Shown here: positions 30,801-39,741 of the stretch, one piece after another
How positions within the stretch are numbered: position 1 is the first letter of the stretch
Layout of the letters: the number at the start of each line of letters is the position of its first letter
DNA from: a virus
Length of the DNA stretch: 64,000 bases
Virus record (IMG/VR): IMGVR_UViG_3300009152_000041
Coordinates: 1,901-65,900 of that record
Direction: 5' to 3' (one strand)
The notes under the pieces: model-generated
What the model saw: the letters and a program-made list of their open reading frames with translations, nothing else
What the model was told of the DNA's origin: nothing
Database searches by the model: none
Translations under genes and position numbers: made by a program

Positions 30801-33800
30801 TCTATAGCTTGTTTAACCGTATCAGAACTGACTGATGATGCAACCCCTGTTTCAATCTGCCTCTCCATTGAATCAGCTGTACCAGATGGTTTTCCAGTTC
30901 TTTGATTTGGATTTGCTATAAAATCGCTTCCAAGCAATAAACTGAATTCATCTACTGCCGTACTGTCTGGACCATTAGCACTAAATAATTTAAATATGTC
31001 TGGATTTGCTTTTGGATCTCGTAATATTGCTACTAAGAAATCCGGAAGCGGCGTTGTGTCATCAGGATCCATGCCAAAAGCATCAAAAAATATTTTCTTT
31101 ATTGAGATTTCGTTATGGTAACCAAATCTAAATTGATCCCATATATCATTTGCTTGACTAAGATTTCTTCCATTTCCAGCTATTACATGAGTAGCTGGAC
31201 TAAATCCTTCATCAAAAAACTCTCTAGCTTTTATGGATTCTGGTGCAGCTGGATCATATACAGGAGCAAAACGTTCTCTTCCAGCGCCAGAATCCTCATC
31301 TCCAGTAGTTTTAAGCTCACCATCTAAAACTTCATATAACTTTTCTCTTTCAAGAGCGCTGTACTCTGCCTTTAGTATGTAGTCAAAATAACTATTTTCT
31401 TGGTCTTTACCAGCAAGGATGTTTCCACCTCTAGCGGCTGCTTCAGCAAAATGGCCTTGATCAAGAAGTGTTATTCCACTTACTGGAATATACTCTTGCC
31501 ACTGAGTATTTGTAAAAGCTGTTGGTCTTTCATTTAATAGCTCTAATTGTCTTTCAAGATTATCTGCTGTACCGGATATACCCAGCTTCTGCATACCTGA
31601 TTTATTTGCTTTTTCTGCTATAAGTTTTCCATCACCCTCTGCCGAGAAGGCACCAAAGCCAATGTAGTAATCCATGTCAACATGAGTTTCACCGTTATAG
31701 TTAAACTCATTAGCTGGGTTGTATATTGTTGTTACAACGCCAAGTGGAATACTGTCATCTACAAAAGTAAAGTAGCAGTCTCTTGGCATTGGCACTGGAG
31801 CAAGTCCGGCTTTTGCTAATGCTTGAGCTGATGCGTTGGAAGAAGAATTATCATTACCAGTTTCATCACTTTCTGCTCCAAAGTATTTTTTTTCATTTTC
31901 TGTAAGATGCATCACTCCAAGAAAATATGCCGCGTCTGGGGAAACAACGGCTGCTAAATCTACTTCCTTAAAAGTATCGGCTTTAAAGTTAATAAACTGA
32001 TCATCAGTTCTGTTTCCAGCATCAGATAAATTACCGTCGATTAAGTCAGCTTTATCTGTTCCCCATAAGAAGTATGCTGGCTTACACACAACTGCTGTTC
32101 TAGTTGTTGGACTATAAACTAAAACTTTTCTGTTCTTATAATCTTTTGGTTTACCATAAAATTGATTTACATCTCTATCTGAGAAATATTTATCTTTAAA
32201 CTTTTTAAATATTTCATCATCTTTATCTTCAATTATTTCATATGGCCATCTCATAGCTATGTAGAATTGCTCATCAAGAGCGCTAACTGGAGATCCCCAA
32301 TCTCTGTAACTAAATGGACTTCCAGAAGTAATTCTATTTTGATTAATATACTCGTACTCCCAAGATCCCTCAAGAGAATCCAATCCTCTAGTTTGCTCTT
32401 TCAAGGAAGGCAGTGGCATTCTTATTAACGACTTACTTCCTGCTACTCCACTTGTGTTTAAGTCAAATATAAATTTATCATTACCAAATGTATTGATTGG
32501 ATTAACTGCAGCAGTAAATGATACTCCTGCAAGATTTATAGCAAATTCATCTTCAGAGCCACCTTCACGGTTGTCCGTTAGTGAACCAGCAAGTAGGCCT
32601 GCTTCTGTATCTATTAAGGTTGTATATAGAGTATCGTGACCTAACTTTTCAAAATCTTTGTCACCATCATGTATGGTTCCAGTCTTGAGTCTTTCATCAC
32701 CTTCTCCTGACTTATTGCTACTTAATGCGTAGAATGCGTAGTCTAATAAAACTGCTCCAGCAACCCTGTCTGTGAAAAATGGAAAAGAAAACCTAAGCGG
32801 CATTTGGGGTATTTCTTTGTGTATACCTTTTATTTTTTCAATATCTAACTCAGATGCTTGTCCACTGGAATCTATCGGCAAGTGAAAACCAACCGTTACG
32901 TAACCTTTATTCTTTGGTATTTCCGATATAATATCATTGAATAATTGTTCTTTTGTTGTTTTATTGTTTCCGTAGTACGCAGTTCTAAAAGGATCCAAGA
33001 AGTTAATTACTTTACCTCTTAGTATCCCAGCAGGTGCATATATGTCTGAGTATGATGATTGTTGTCTAACTATTTCAGAAATAGATATTGCTGGATTTTG
33101 TGCCTGCCTCATTGCTTCGTAATCAGCAGTAGAATTTGATTGCTTGTTAACCTTTGTCAAGAGATCCATTAATTCTGAATCTGGAGTTCTATAACTTGGA
33201 GTCTTTAATCCTAGTTCTACAGCTCTTTTTTCAGAAGGAAAACCAGTAGTGATTGGAACTACTGCTGAAGTGTACAACCAGTGTGGCTTACCATAGAATA
33301 CGGTTGATCTGTCTTCAAACGGTCTTACGGCAACGATGTAGTTTGGAAGTAGTCTTGCGCACATTTGGAAAAGATCCCAAACAGATTTCATATATGTTTG
33401 CGCTCTAAATGAAACTTCATCAAAGCCTGGCATGTCGTCATCAAGATCACTAATTAGTCCAAACGTTTTCCAAATGTTTACACCGCCTCTACCAGTTAAG
33501 CTTCCAAGCAAAGATGCTCCTCCACCAACTGCCATAGCTCCACCTATGACTGGAAGCGCAATACCACCTGTACCAATAGCTAATGCGGCTCCTGCTGCCA
33601 ACAGTCCTCCACCAGGCACTGCTGCTGCGGTTCCGCCACTAGCTCTTGCTTCCATTCCCTGTGTTAGATTATCTATTGCAGCTGAGGCATTTTCTGATCC
33701 TCCATCATATCTTTGAAGTAAATTATTCCATGAAGAATCTGTAAGTCTATTTAGATATTCCAATCTTGGATTTGGCATGTCTTCGGGAGTTAAAGATGCT

Positions 33801-36800
33801 GCATTTGCCCAACCGTCTCCTAAGTCTCCACCAAGAAATTGAGCTACACCAGTTCCATTTCCTGGATAAATATTTCTCTTAAACAATTCTAGATCTGGTT
33901 GTGATGCAAAGTTTGACCACATCGTTCTCATTATTCCAACCATTGGCAATCTTACGTCAATACCAAATGGCGATCCACCTATTCCAGTTCCATTTGAATT
34001 ATCACCAAATGGATTCAAGACACCAGCTACTGTACCAGCCCCACCAGTTATACCACTACCTTGACCAATTGCCAGATGTGCATCTGAAGCTGCATTTCTA
34101 ATACCAGCATTTTTATTTCGCTCTTCATCTGTTAAAGGCTCATATAGCATCATACCGAAGTGCTTGATTCCAAATTTATTTTCAGAAAATACAGTTCCTC
34201 TTGTTGCATGAGCAAAAGCTTCTCTTGTTCTAGATGTACCCATCGAAAGAAGTCTAACCATTAAATCTCTTGGTTCAGATAAGTACAATCCAGTATTGAG
34301 ACCGCCATCTATATGGCCGCTAGATCCCTTTTTGTCAACAGAGTTTACCACTGGACTAAGTTCAATAGCGTCAGATTGACATGTGACAGTAACTATTTCT
34401 CCCAATTCAACTTCAGTTATTACACCGTTAAATATTGTATGAAGTGAGTTTGGATTTGCGCCATAACCAACTCTTAGGTGAACTCTTACACCTGGCTTAA
34501 GTCTTATGTTTTCTATATCAACAATGTATTGACTTTCCATATGACCTAATTGATTTCTTGCAAAATTTAAAGTTCTATCAATTACTTGTTCAAGGCCTGA
34601 AGTTAGTGATAATTTATCTACACCAGGCTTAGCGTCAGTCTCACCATTTCCACTGAATATTGTTGTAGCTTCTTTTGTAGAGAGCTTTGCGTACATATTG
34701 GAAGCTCTGAATACTAGCGTATCACCTAAGATATCTTCAGAAGATACTACGGAAAAATCTATTATGGACTGTAATCCGTAGAAATTATCAAATAGTTTTG
34801 TGCCGGCAAAATTCTTTTCATCTATCAACCAGAGCATATATGTAGGAAATGCCCTGATCATTCTTCCTGATATATCTCTGTACTGAGTATCTATCATCAT
34901 TTTTTCCCAGTGATCAGTAACACTTTTTGAGTTACCATTTGACTTCATGGTCTCTGGCTTACCCTCATCTCCAGATGAATATGAGTATTGGTATTCAGAT
35001 AGTGCTTTTGCTCCAGGAACTCCAGTTAGAGATTTTGTTGTTCCAACATCTGGCGTTTGAGTGTCAGTTATGCCTACATATTCAACTGAGCTATCTTTTT
35101 TAACAGCAACGTCATCTACAGTTAGATAAAATCTTCCATTCTTCTTATCTATATATCCAAACTGATATCCATCTGCAGTGTGCATCATTGATGGAATTTT
35201 TGTATCATTACCATCTGCTGCTGCTGGAAAAGTGTTTATAATAGCATGCCCATCTAGCTCGTCTGGATCAAAGCTTACGTAAGCGTCTTCTGCAAAGCCA
35301 TCGTTTTTTTGATTTCCAGATAGTGCGGCTTGTAATTTTGCTCTTGCTTCTTCATTAGAACTTGATAAATCTCCACCTCTTAACTGACCTGAAGATATTC
35401 TCCAACTAGAATCAGCTAAATCCTTAGTATCAAACTCACCTTCATCCAAAGAGTCTACATAGTCTAATAAGAATTTATCATAAGGTTGATCAACATCTTT
35501 TAAGACTTGCAATATATAAGAAGCTGTTTCTGAAGCCTTTAATCCTAAGGTTCCTCTAGAGTAAGCTTTTAGTTCATCTAATTTGTCATTTAATATATAC
35601 TCTCTGAACTTAGCAATGATCGCAGAACCCTTATATGAGGTTGATCCATATTGAGTTACTACGGTTACTTCTTGAGATGGATCAACGTTAAATGTATCAA
35701 GTCTAGAAAGCTTACCTTTATTATTGGTTACGCTATGTATAACGTCTCTATCAAACATCTCAAAACTTCTAAAATAAAAATCTGGATCAAGACATCCTAC
35801 AACTTCGCTGTCTTTATTTCTAATCTCTAATGGAAAATCTGGATATGAATTAAATGAGCCCCATAGTTGCTTCATTCTTAAGAATGGATTTTTCTTTGTC
35901 CCAAATTCTTCAATCATCTTTCTTTGTTGATCAGAAGATAACTGTTCACGTTTTTGCTGAAAAATGTCAAAGTCTACTAGTCTCAAAGAAACATCATAGA
36001 CATGTGGAAAATTTGGAATAGTTGAAACGTTAAAAGAAAGAGGAAGAACATATTTAACTCCAGCTAAAGCTGTTATTATATTCTTAATTCCCAAGAAGCC
36101 CATAACTCCAGCTGCGTTCTCAAGCCTAGCTAATCCATTAATATGATCAAATATTTTTCTTAATTTTATTAATTCTTTTTCACCAAATACTTTCATGGAA
36201 ATATTTATATAACTATCTCCACCACCAACGTGTTGATAAGTTGGCTCATCTTGCATCTGTACTTGTAGCGGGATTATGTTATTACTCATTGAGATAGAAA
36301 CGTCAGTAACAATTGCGTTAGCTGGATCTATGTCAACTCTTATCATTGGGACTTCCCACTCTCTTATGTGGAAACTTCCATTTCTTTCTCTAGCTGCTTC
36401 CATCAAATCTCTGATCGGTCCAGCTTTAAAGAATCTTTCATAGACCATAGCGCTATAGCCAGCTGCAAACTGATCTTTAATTAAAGATCTTTCTTGTTTT
36501 TTCCACTCAGCATCGTTGGTCTTTCCACCATTTATTGCTCTCTTCTCCAAGTATTCATCAACCATAAAGTCAAGATATGAACTAGTGCTTAAAGCTTTAG
36601 ACTTAAGAAAAGATTTTATTTGAGATAGTGTTTCATCTTTAAATACTATTGCCCCAAAAACATATCTTTGCACATCTTCATATGCGTTTTCTATCCTATC
36701 GAAATCTCTTAAGTAAGCTTTCCTGTCAGAGTCAAGCTGCAGTTGATTCTGAAATATAAAACTTGTTATAATAAAATCATAAGCCTTTTTTTGGAAATCT

Positions 36801-39241
36801 GTTGTATTTCTTCCCGCGGTTAATATGTCAATACTTTGTAATATTTTTTGATTAACAGTAAACTCAACAATATTTCCTGTTGAAGTTGTTATGACTGAAT
36901 CTAATGTTCTATGATATCCAGCTGAATCATTAAAGTCAATACCAAAGTTAGCCAACATTTGGTTCCAAAAACTTCTACCCGTATCAGTCAAACCTTTTTC
37001 TTCATCAGATCTAAATCCAGATATATCTGGAGTAAATATTTTAGTTTGAGTTTCAGCTGGCATATAGAATGATAAATTGCTACCGTTTGTCCATTCTCTA
37101 ATTACGTTAGTTGTGAACACTTCGTTCTTATAGCCAAGGAGAGCGTCGTTAACGATCTTCGAAGGAGATATCCCAGCTTGAGCAGATAGTCTATCTGAGG
37201 CGGCCTGCATACCTCTCAGGTCGTCCTGAGTAACGTCTCCATTCCTATCGGTGTCAAGCATTGCTTCAGCAATTGAAACCATTGCGTCTTTTGTTGCATT
37301 AATAAGACCCTCTTTACCAAACATTAAGAATTCTTCATTTATATAATTATGAAGAGCTCCAGCTGCCTTGCCCATATACTGCCTAAACTTACCCCAATGT
37401 ATTGCTTGATTAAAGTCATTAAGCATTGGCAAGAATGGCTTATGGTTAAAGTTATATAGATTTAATGTGACTACTAGTGCAAACGGATAATTTGGTATTG
37501 TGGAAATCGACATACCATGTAGTGCAACGCCTGTTATTCCATATACAGAATTTAAATAATGGTTTCTAATCGGAAGGAATGGAGCGTACTTAAACGCGGC
37601 AACCAGGCCTCTTAACGAGGAAAGGAACTTGTCTATCTTTTCTTCATTGTCACCATTGCCACTAAAATCTATTGTGAAGTTATCTTTAAGACTAATTTTT
37701 GAAGCGTCTTCAATCGAGATGCCCCATATCTCTTCATAGTTAGGAAAGAATAGTTGCATGCTGATAGTTGTATGCTTGTATCCAGAGTTAAACTTTGGAC
37801 TATTCTTTTGTCTTAGCGCGCCTTCTCCTAAACTGCTTGTCTTGAATTGAGTCTGAACATCAATACCAATTGGTGGAACATAAAAATTAGATGCCCCTAA
37901 TCTAAGATGGAATATGTCTGGAGAAGATGGTGGAATATTTTGCCTAAATGGAAATTCTGAAATTGCTTTTTCTATTCTTTGACCAGTATTAATTAAGTCC
38001 CACGCGCCAGTAAATATAGTTTGCCCTTTTTCTTGACCAAGAGCAGCCATTAAATCATCTAATACTGCTTGACCCTGATTAAGTTTATCTTCTGAACCGC
38101 CACCTTTTCCATCATTTGAATAGTCAGCTGTTGCTGCTAATGCAGCAAAGAAGAAGTTAACTAGTTCTGGAAAGTATCTATAGATGGTAGCTAGTGTTAC
38201 GGGATCTCTGGAGAGTCTTTGTAGGACAACAGTAAGCTGTTGAAGCCAACCGGTATCCCTTACTCCGTCTAGAACATTTGCTGCACCGGCGCTACCCTTA
38301 ACTCTTTCAAGGGTAGACAATCTGGATCTACCATATGCCTGCATTGCGTCGATGTAACTTAATAAATCAAAAAGACCTGACGCTTCAATCTTATAAAATA
38401 AAGATTTTTGATAAGTGTCATTCAATTTGATTATATCCATAGTTGGAGATGCAACTGCTATAAATTGATTAACGTAGTTATCTTGAAAAGCTCTATCATA
38501 AACAAAGCTTGGATTATTTTTTCTTACTAAATTTTCATAATACTGACTAATTGACGAATAAGAATTATCATGATTATCAAAACCAATTATAGCCGCTCCA
38601 CGAGATATAAACTCTTCTAAAACTGCTGCTCTTTCTATTGCTGGACCAAGTAAATCTTCTTCAATGGCTGGAGGTTCTTGAACATCTTCTGGTGTTTGTG
38701 GTGTGTCTGCTGGATTATCACTACCTATATTGAAATCTTTTACTCTTTGTCCAATAAAACTAGCCATTATTGTAGCTGACTCTATGTGGTGCCAGCAACC
38801 GCTAGTATTAGAGTAAGCAGCACTATACCATTCTTCAAACGCTTTTGCGTAAGCTACATCTGTTAGGTCAACATTTTTAGTTGGTATTTTTTTATCAAAC
38901 TTCTTCAGAATACTGTTGACTATATAATCTACTGGATTTTCACCAGTTCTTGTACCCTGTCGTTTAAGTGCTCTAATTGCTGCAGTTCGCCAAGCAACGT
39001 CATTAAAATCAGGTGGAGCAATTTTAATACCCCATGGTAGTCTCTCGACACCGGCCCACACACCTATCGTACCAGGAAATCCAGGTAGAACTGTTTGCAA
39101 TTTAGCTAATGCAGCACCAGGTAATATATTTGAATTTGTATTTAATGTTATCTGTTGAATTTCAAGAAAGTAATCGTCTGCTTGCTGCTTGGTGGTAAAC
39201 TGTTCTTTTATGTAGTCGAATGCTTGTTGATTTATAGCCAT
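27845..39241 (-). CDS. giant virion protein (3798 aa), tape-measure/ejection-protein-like
   Basis: Single uninterrupted ORF. Gly/Ala-zipper hydrophobic stretches: GGLLAAGAALAIGTGGIALPVIGGAMAVGGGASLLG (about 33480-33650) and GALLGGPIGAGIGAGIASDLFW (about 29100-29230). Lies between the chaperone-like genes and the baseplate. Contains no in-frame CGG. Confidence 0.6.
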   Translation of the reverse strand: MAINQQAFDYIKEQFTTKQQADDYFLEIQQITLNTNSNILPGAALAKLQTVLPGFPGTIGVWAGVERLPWGIKIAPPDFNDVAWRTAAIRALKRQGTRTGENPVDYIVNSILKKFDKKIPTKNVDLTDVAYAKAFEEWYSAAYSNTSGCWHHIESATIMASFIGQRVKDFNIGSDNPADTPQTPEDVQEPPAIEEDLLGPAIERAAVLEEFISRGAAIIGFDNHDNSYSSISQYYENLVRKNNPSFVYDRAFQDNYVNQFIAVASPTMDIIKLNDTYQKSLFYKIEASGLFDLLSYIDAMQAYGRSRLSTLERVKGSAGAANVLDGVRDTGWLQQLTVVLQRLSRDPVTLATIYRYFPELVNFFFAALAATADYSNDGKGGGSEDKLNQGQAVLDDLMAALGQEKGQTIFTGAWDLINTGQRIEKAISEFPFRQNIPPSSPDIFHLRLGASNFYVPPIGIDVQTQFKTSSLGEGALRQKNSPKFNSGYKHTTISMQLFFPNYEEIWGISIEDASKISLKDNFTIDFSGNGDNEEKIDKFLSSLRGLVAAFKYAPFLPIRNHYLNSVYGITGVALHGMSISTIPNYPFALVVTLNLYNFNHKPFLPMLNDFNQAIHWGKFRQYMGKAAGALHNYINEEFLMFGKEGLINATKDAMVSIAEAMLDTDRNGDVTQDDLRGMQAASDRLSAQAGISPSKIVNDALLGYKNEVFTTNVIREWTNGSNLSFYMPAETQTKIFTPDISGFRSDEEKGLTDTGRSFWNQMLANFGIDFNDSAGYHRTLDSVITTSTGNIVEFTVNQKILQSIDILTAGRNTTDFQKKAYDFIITSFIFQNQLQLDSDRKAYLRDFDRIENAYEDVQRYVFGAIVFKDETLSQIKSFLKSKALSTSSYLDFMVDEYLEKRAINGGKTNDAEWKKQERSLIKDQFAAGYSAMVYERFFKAGPIRDLMEAARERNGSFHIREWEVPMIRVDIDPANAIVTDVSISMSNNIIPLQVQMQDEPTYQHVGGGDSYINISMKVFGEKELIKLRKIFDHINGLARLENAAGVMGFLGIKNIITALAGVKYVLPLSFNVSTIPNFPHVYDVSLRLVDFDIFQQKREQLSSDQQRKMIEEFGTKKNPFLRMKQLWGSFNSYPDFPLEIRNKDSEVVGCLDPDFYFRSFEMFDRDVIHSVTNNKGKLSRLDTFNVDPSQEVTVVTQYGSTSYKGSAIIAKFREYILNDKLDELKAYSRGTLGLKASETASYILQVLKDVDQPYDKFLLDYVDSLDEGEFDTKDLADSSWRISSGQLRGGDLSSSNEEARAKLQAALSGNQKNDGFAEDAYVSFDPDELDGHAIINTFPAAADGNDTKIPSMMHTADGYQFGYIDKKNGRFYLTVDDVAVKKDSSVEYVGITDTQTPDVGTTKSLTGVPGAKALSEYQYSYSSGDEGKPETMKSNGNSKSVTDHWEKMMIDTQYRDISGRMIRAFPTYMLWLIDEKNFAGTKLFDNFYGLQSIIDFSVVSSEDILGDTLVFRASNMYAKLSTKEATTIFSGNGETDAKPGVDKLSLTSGLEQVIDRTLNFARNQLGHMESQYIVDIENIRLKPGVRVHLRVGYGANPNSLHTIFNGVITEVELGEIVTVTCQSDAIELSPVVNSVDKKGSSGHIDGGLNTGLYLSEPRDLMVRLLSMGTSRTREAFAHATRGTVFSENKFGIKHFGMMLYEPLTDEERNKNAGIRNAASDAHLAIGQGSGITGGAGTVAGVLNPFGDNSNGTGIGGSPFGIDVRLPMVGIMRTMWSNFASQPDLELFKRNIYPGNGTGVAQFLGGDLGDGWANAASLTPEDMPNPRLEYLNRLTDSSWNNLLQRYDGGSENASAAIDNLTQGMEARASGGTAAAVPGGGLLAAGAALAIGTGGIALPVIGGAMAVGGGASLLGSLTGRGGVNIWKTFGLISDLDDDMPGFDEVSFRAQTYMKSVWDLFQMCARLLPNYIVAVRPFEDRSTVFYGKPHWLYTSAVVPITTGFPSEKRAVELGLKTPSYRTPDSELMDLLTKVNKQSNSTADYEAMRQAQNPAISISEIVRQQSSYSDIYAPAGILRGKVINFLDPFRTAYYGNNKTTKEQLFNDIISEIPKNKGYVTVGFHLPIDSSGQASELDIEKIKGIHKEIPQMPLRFSFPFFTDRVAGAVLLDYAFYALSSNKSGEGDERLKTGTIHDGDKDFEKLGHDTLYTTLIDTEAGLLAGSLTDNREGGSEDEFAINLAGVSFTAAVNPINTFGNDKFIFDLNTSGVAGSKSLIRMPLPSLKEQTRGLDSLEGSWEYEYINQNRITSGSPFSYRDWGSPVSALDEQFYIAMRWPYEIIEDKDDEIFKKFKDKYFSDRDVNQFYGKPKDYKNRKVLVYSPTTRTAVVCKPAYFLWGTDKADLIDGNLSDAGNRTDDQFINFKADTFKEVDLAAVVSPDAAYFLGVMHLTENEKKYFGAESDETGNDNSSSNASAQALAKAGLAPVPMPRDCYFTFVDDSIPLGVVTTIYNPANEFNYNGETHVDMDYYIGFGAFSAEGDGKLIAEKANKSGMQKLGISGTADNLERQLELLNERPTAFTNTQWQEYIPVSGITLLDQGHFAEAAARGGNILAGKDQENSYFDYILKAEYSALEREKLYEVLDGELKTTGDEDSGAGRERFAPVYDPAAPESIKAREFFDEGFSPATHVIAGNGRNLSQANDIWDQFRFGYHNEISIKKIFFDAFGMDPDDTTPLPDFLVAILRDPKANPDIFKLFSANGPDSTAVDEFSLLLGSDFIANPNQRTGKPSGTADSMERQIETGVASSVSSDTVKQAIEFARKNLVDAPLDEGGLVRYFDALTKTKYKKLGLFLQSQSNLSLILGADVGGGQPKADDIIKDNFTPKQVFLLIVGMFRQAMWQDAYARAWLVLKPNRQYSSDDMWDFSPVHKIFAAFIDPNQDYASNKRKFLKLLADNKGEGNSAGNVVGVLTHNIDKFWDQNIGPLFTALSDGLSGLMNMFRMSMLQMGYGLSNIDNFSKQANIMNKVLNDSIYYSLGRPGSLLRAIDNPFTREYGEPVVEVREPFQKIHYLSSFSTIIANNIQETTTNVATQVTAVSEGKYPVTVALDKSIPAERQVEKTVETGLFFDNIAGEGLFGIAQPLFHPIEFARGAIKLSQGAPDELMARRVALAHLKESLKDIYSGELIVIGSPDIRPHDLVYLADVYERMYGIFEVEQVVHHFTPNMGFITSITPNALVTVNDPARWFMSSWIHSWMSIQNIRNDTRSLINSVQAGSTGILSGGNISVDGMSEALRSQMMGGVQFTHGSSALMSDIMANFAAEGLTDAQSQIENQMKQNSENGMSLTGIAATYLTTVGLTATAGALLGGPIGAGIGAGIASDLFWKGWKWVRDNVLDQHGCYISYLNKNGQPMDASLAINQGMVVGRYHTKRLLPGILGVKSKVRTVDGNAFIRNDDLLKSLGWKEKEITDLVRYVSYENALVNAEVLKYSGTGPDKTGLNQYFKVICKLNNVIDGDEIEVIDLMNPTGQPFKVRLEGIIASSLGTFQAYTNTSIQAGYKPDDPTTAINVNSPGGRAAIFVSERLRDKPFVIRISPNDQSSVSIYTEDDLSPGSRINNTNSYFKGVNYGDQEREKSLGTVFYRILDEDKETNISIVRSFFVQNLGLNIIQKKEKFKKNLYQESVFGQKFDEIYNSIYTSGMENHFEITGETDPLLTITNDERKLFNDLVNFKILEVLYSKASEWPYISWDEYYNDGVPATLNWELVTNNLAQVYTVDLLRERASTGGLDRSIPMPSLVEQKGGL

Positions 39242-39246
39242 GAATA

Positions 39247-39715
39247 CTACCTAAACATTCCTTCTATTTTACGCATTTGCGACAGTCTGTCTCCAGAAGA
39301 ATTTCTTTTTAAAGAACTTGAATAATTATCTATTATAGCAGAATTTTTTATATTATTTGAATTTTTAAACGCTAAAGAATTACCAGTAAGGGAAAAACTT
39401 TTTTTATTGTATCTTGCTTGTTGATTAGTTGGATTATCATAACCAGCTCCATTGGCCTGGATGTAAGCTGGAGATGAATTCATGTATCCTTCATATGATC
39501 CCTTTAGTGGATCAGATGGGGCTTGAGATTCTGGAGACAATCCCTGTATACTTGCAGATCTTGAGTCATTAACTTTTTTACTAAGACCGTGAATTAAGTA
39601 TCGCTCCAGCTGGGCTAGAATTACCACTGTTAGCTTTTGGCCCAGAGGCAGCTGCCGCTAGGTTAGCATTAGTTTTAGCTACCCCACCAGATCCAGTAGG
39701 AAGGTTATCAGCCAT
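39247..39715 (-). CDS. low-complexity Ser/Asn/Gly-rich protein, about 155 aa; joins an unlisted 44-codon ORF (ATG 39715) to track ORF 39247-39627 with a +1 shift at CGG 39587-39589
   Basis: ATG at 39713-39715 follows AAAGGA. The 0 frame reads ...AAT TCA CGG TCT TAG. The +1 frame reads CTT AGT AAA AAA GTT... (LSKKVNDS...), which is the track ORF's frame. 469 nt minus 1 equals 3 x 156. Confidence 0.55.
39586..39589 (-). other. recoding site: in-frame CGG(T) at the 0 -> +1 frame transition
   Basis: The only site where the fourth base is T. The 0-frame TAG lies 1 codon downstream. Confidence 0.55.
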
Positions 39716-39741
39716 AAAATAATTTATCCTTTAATTTAAGA

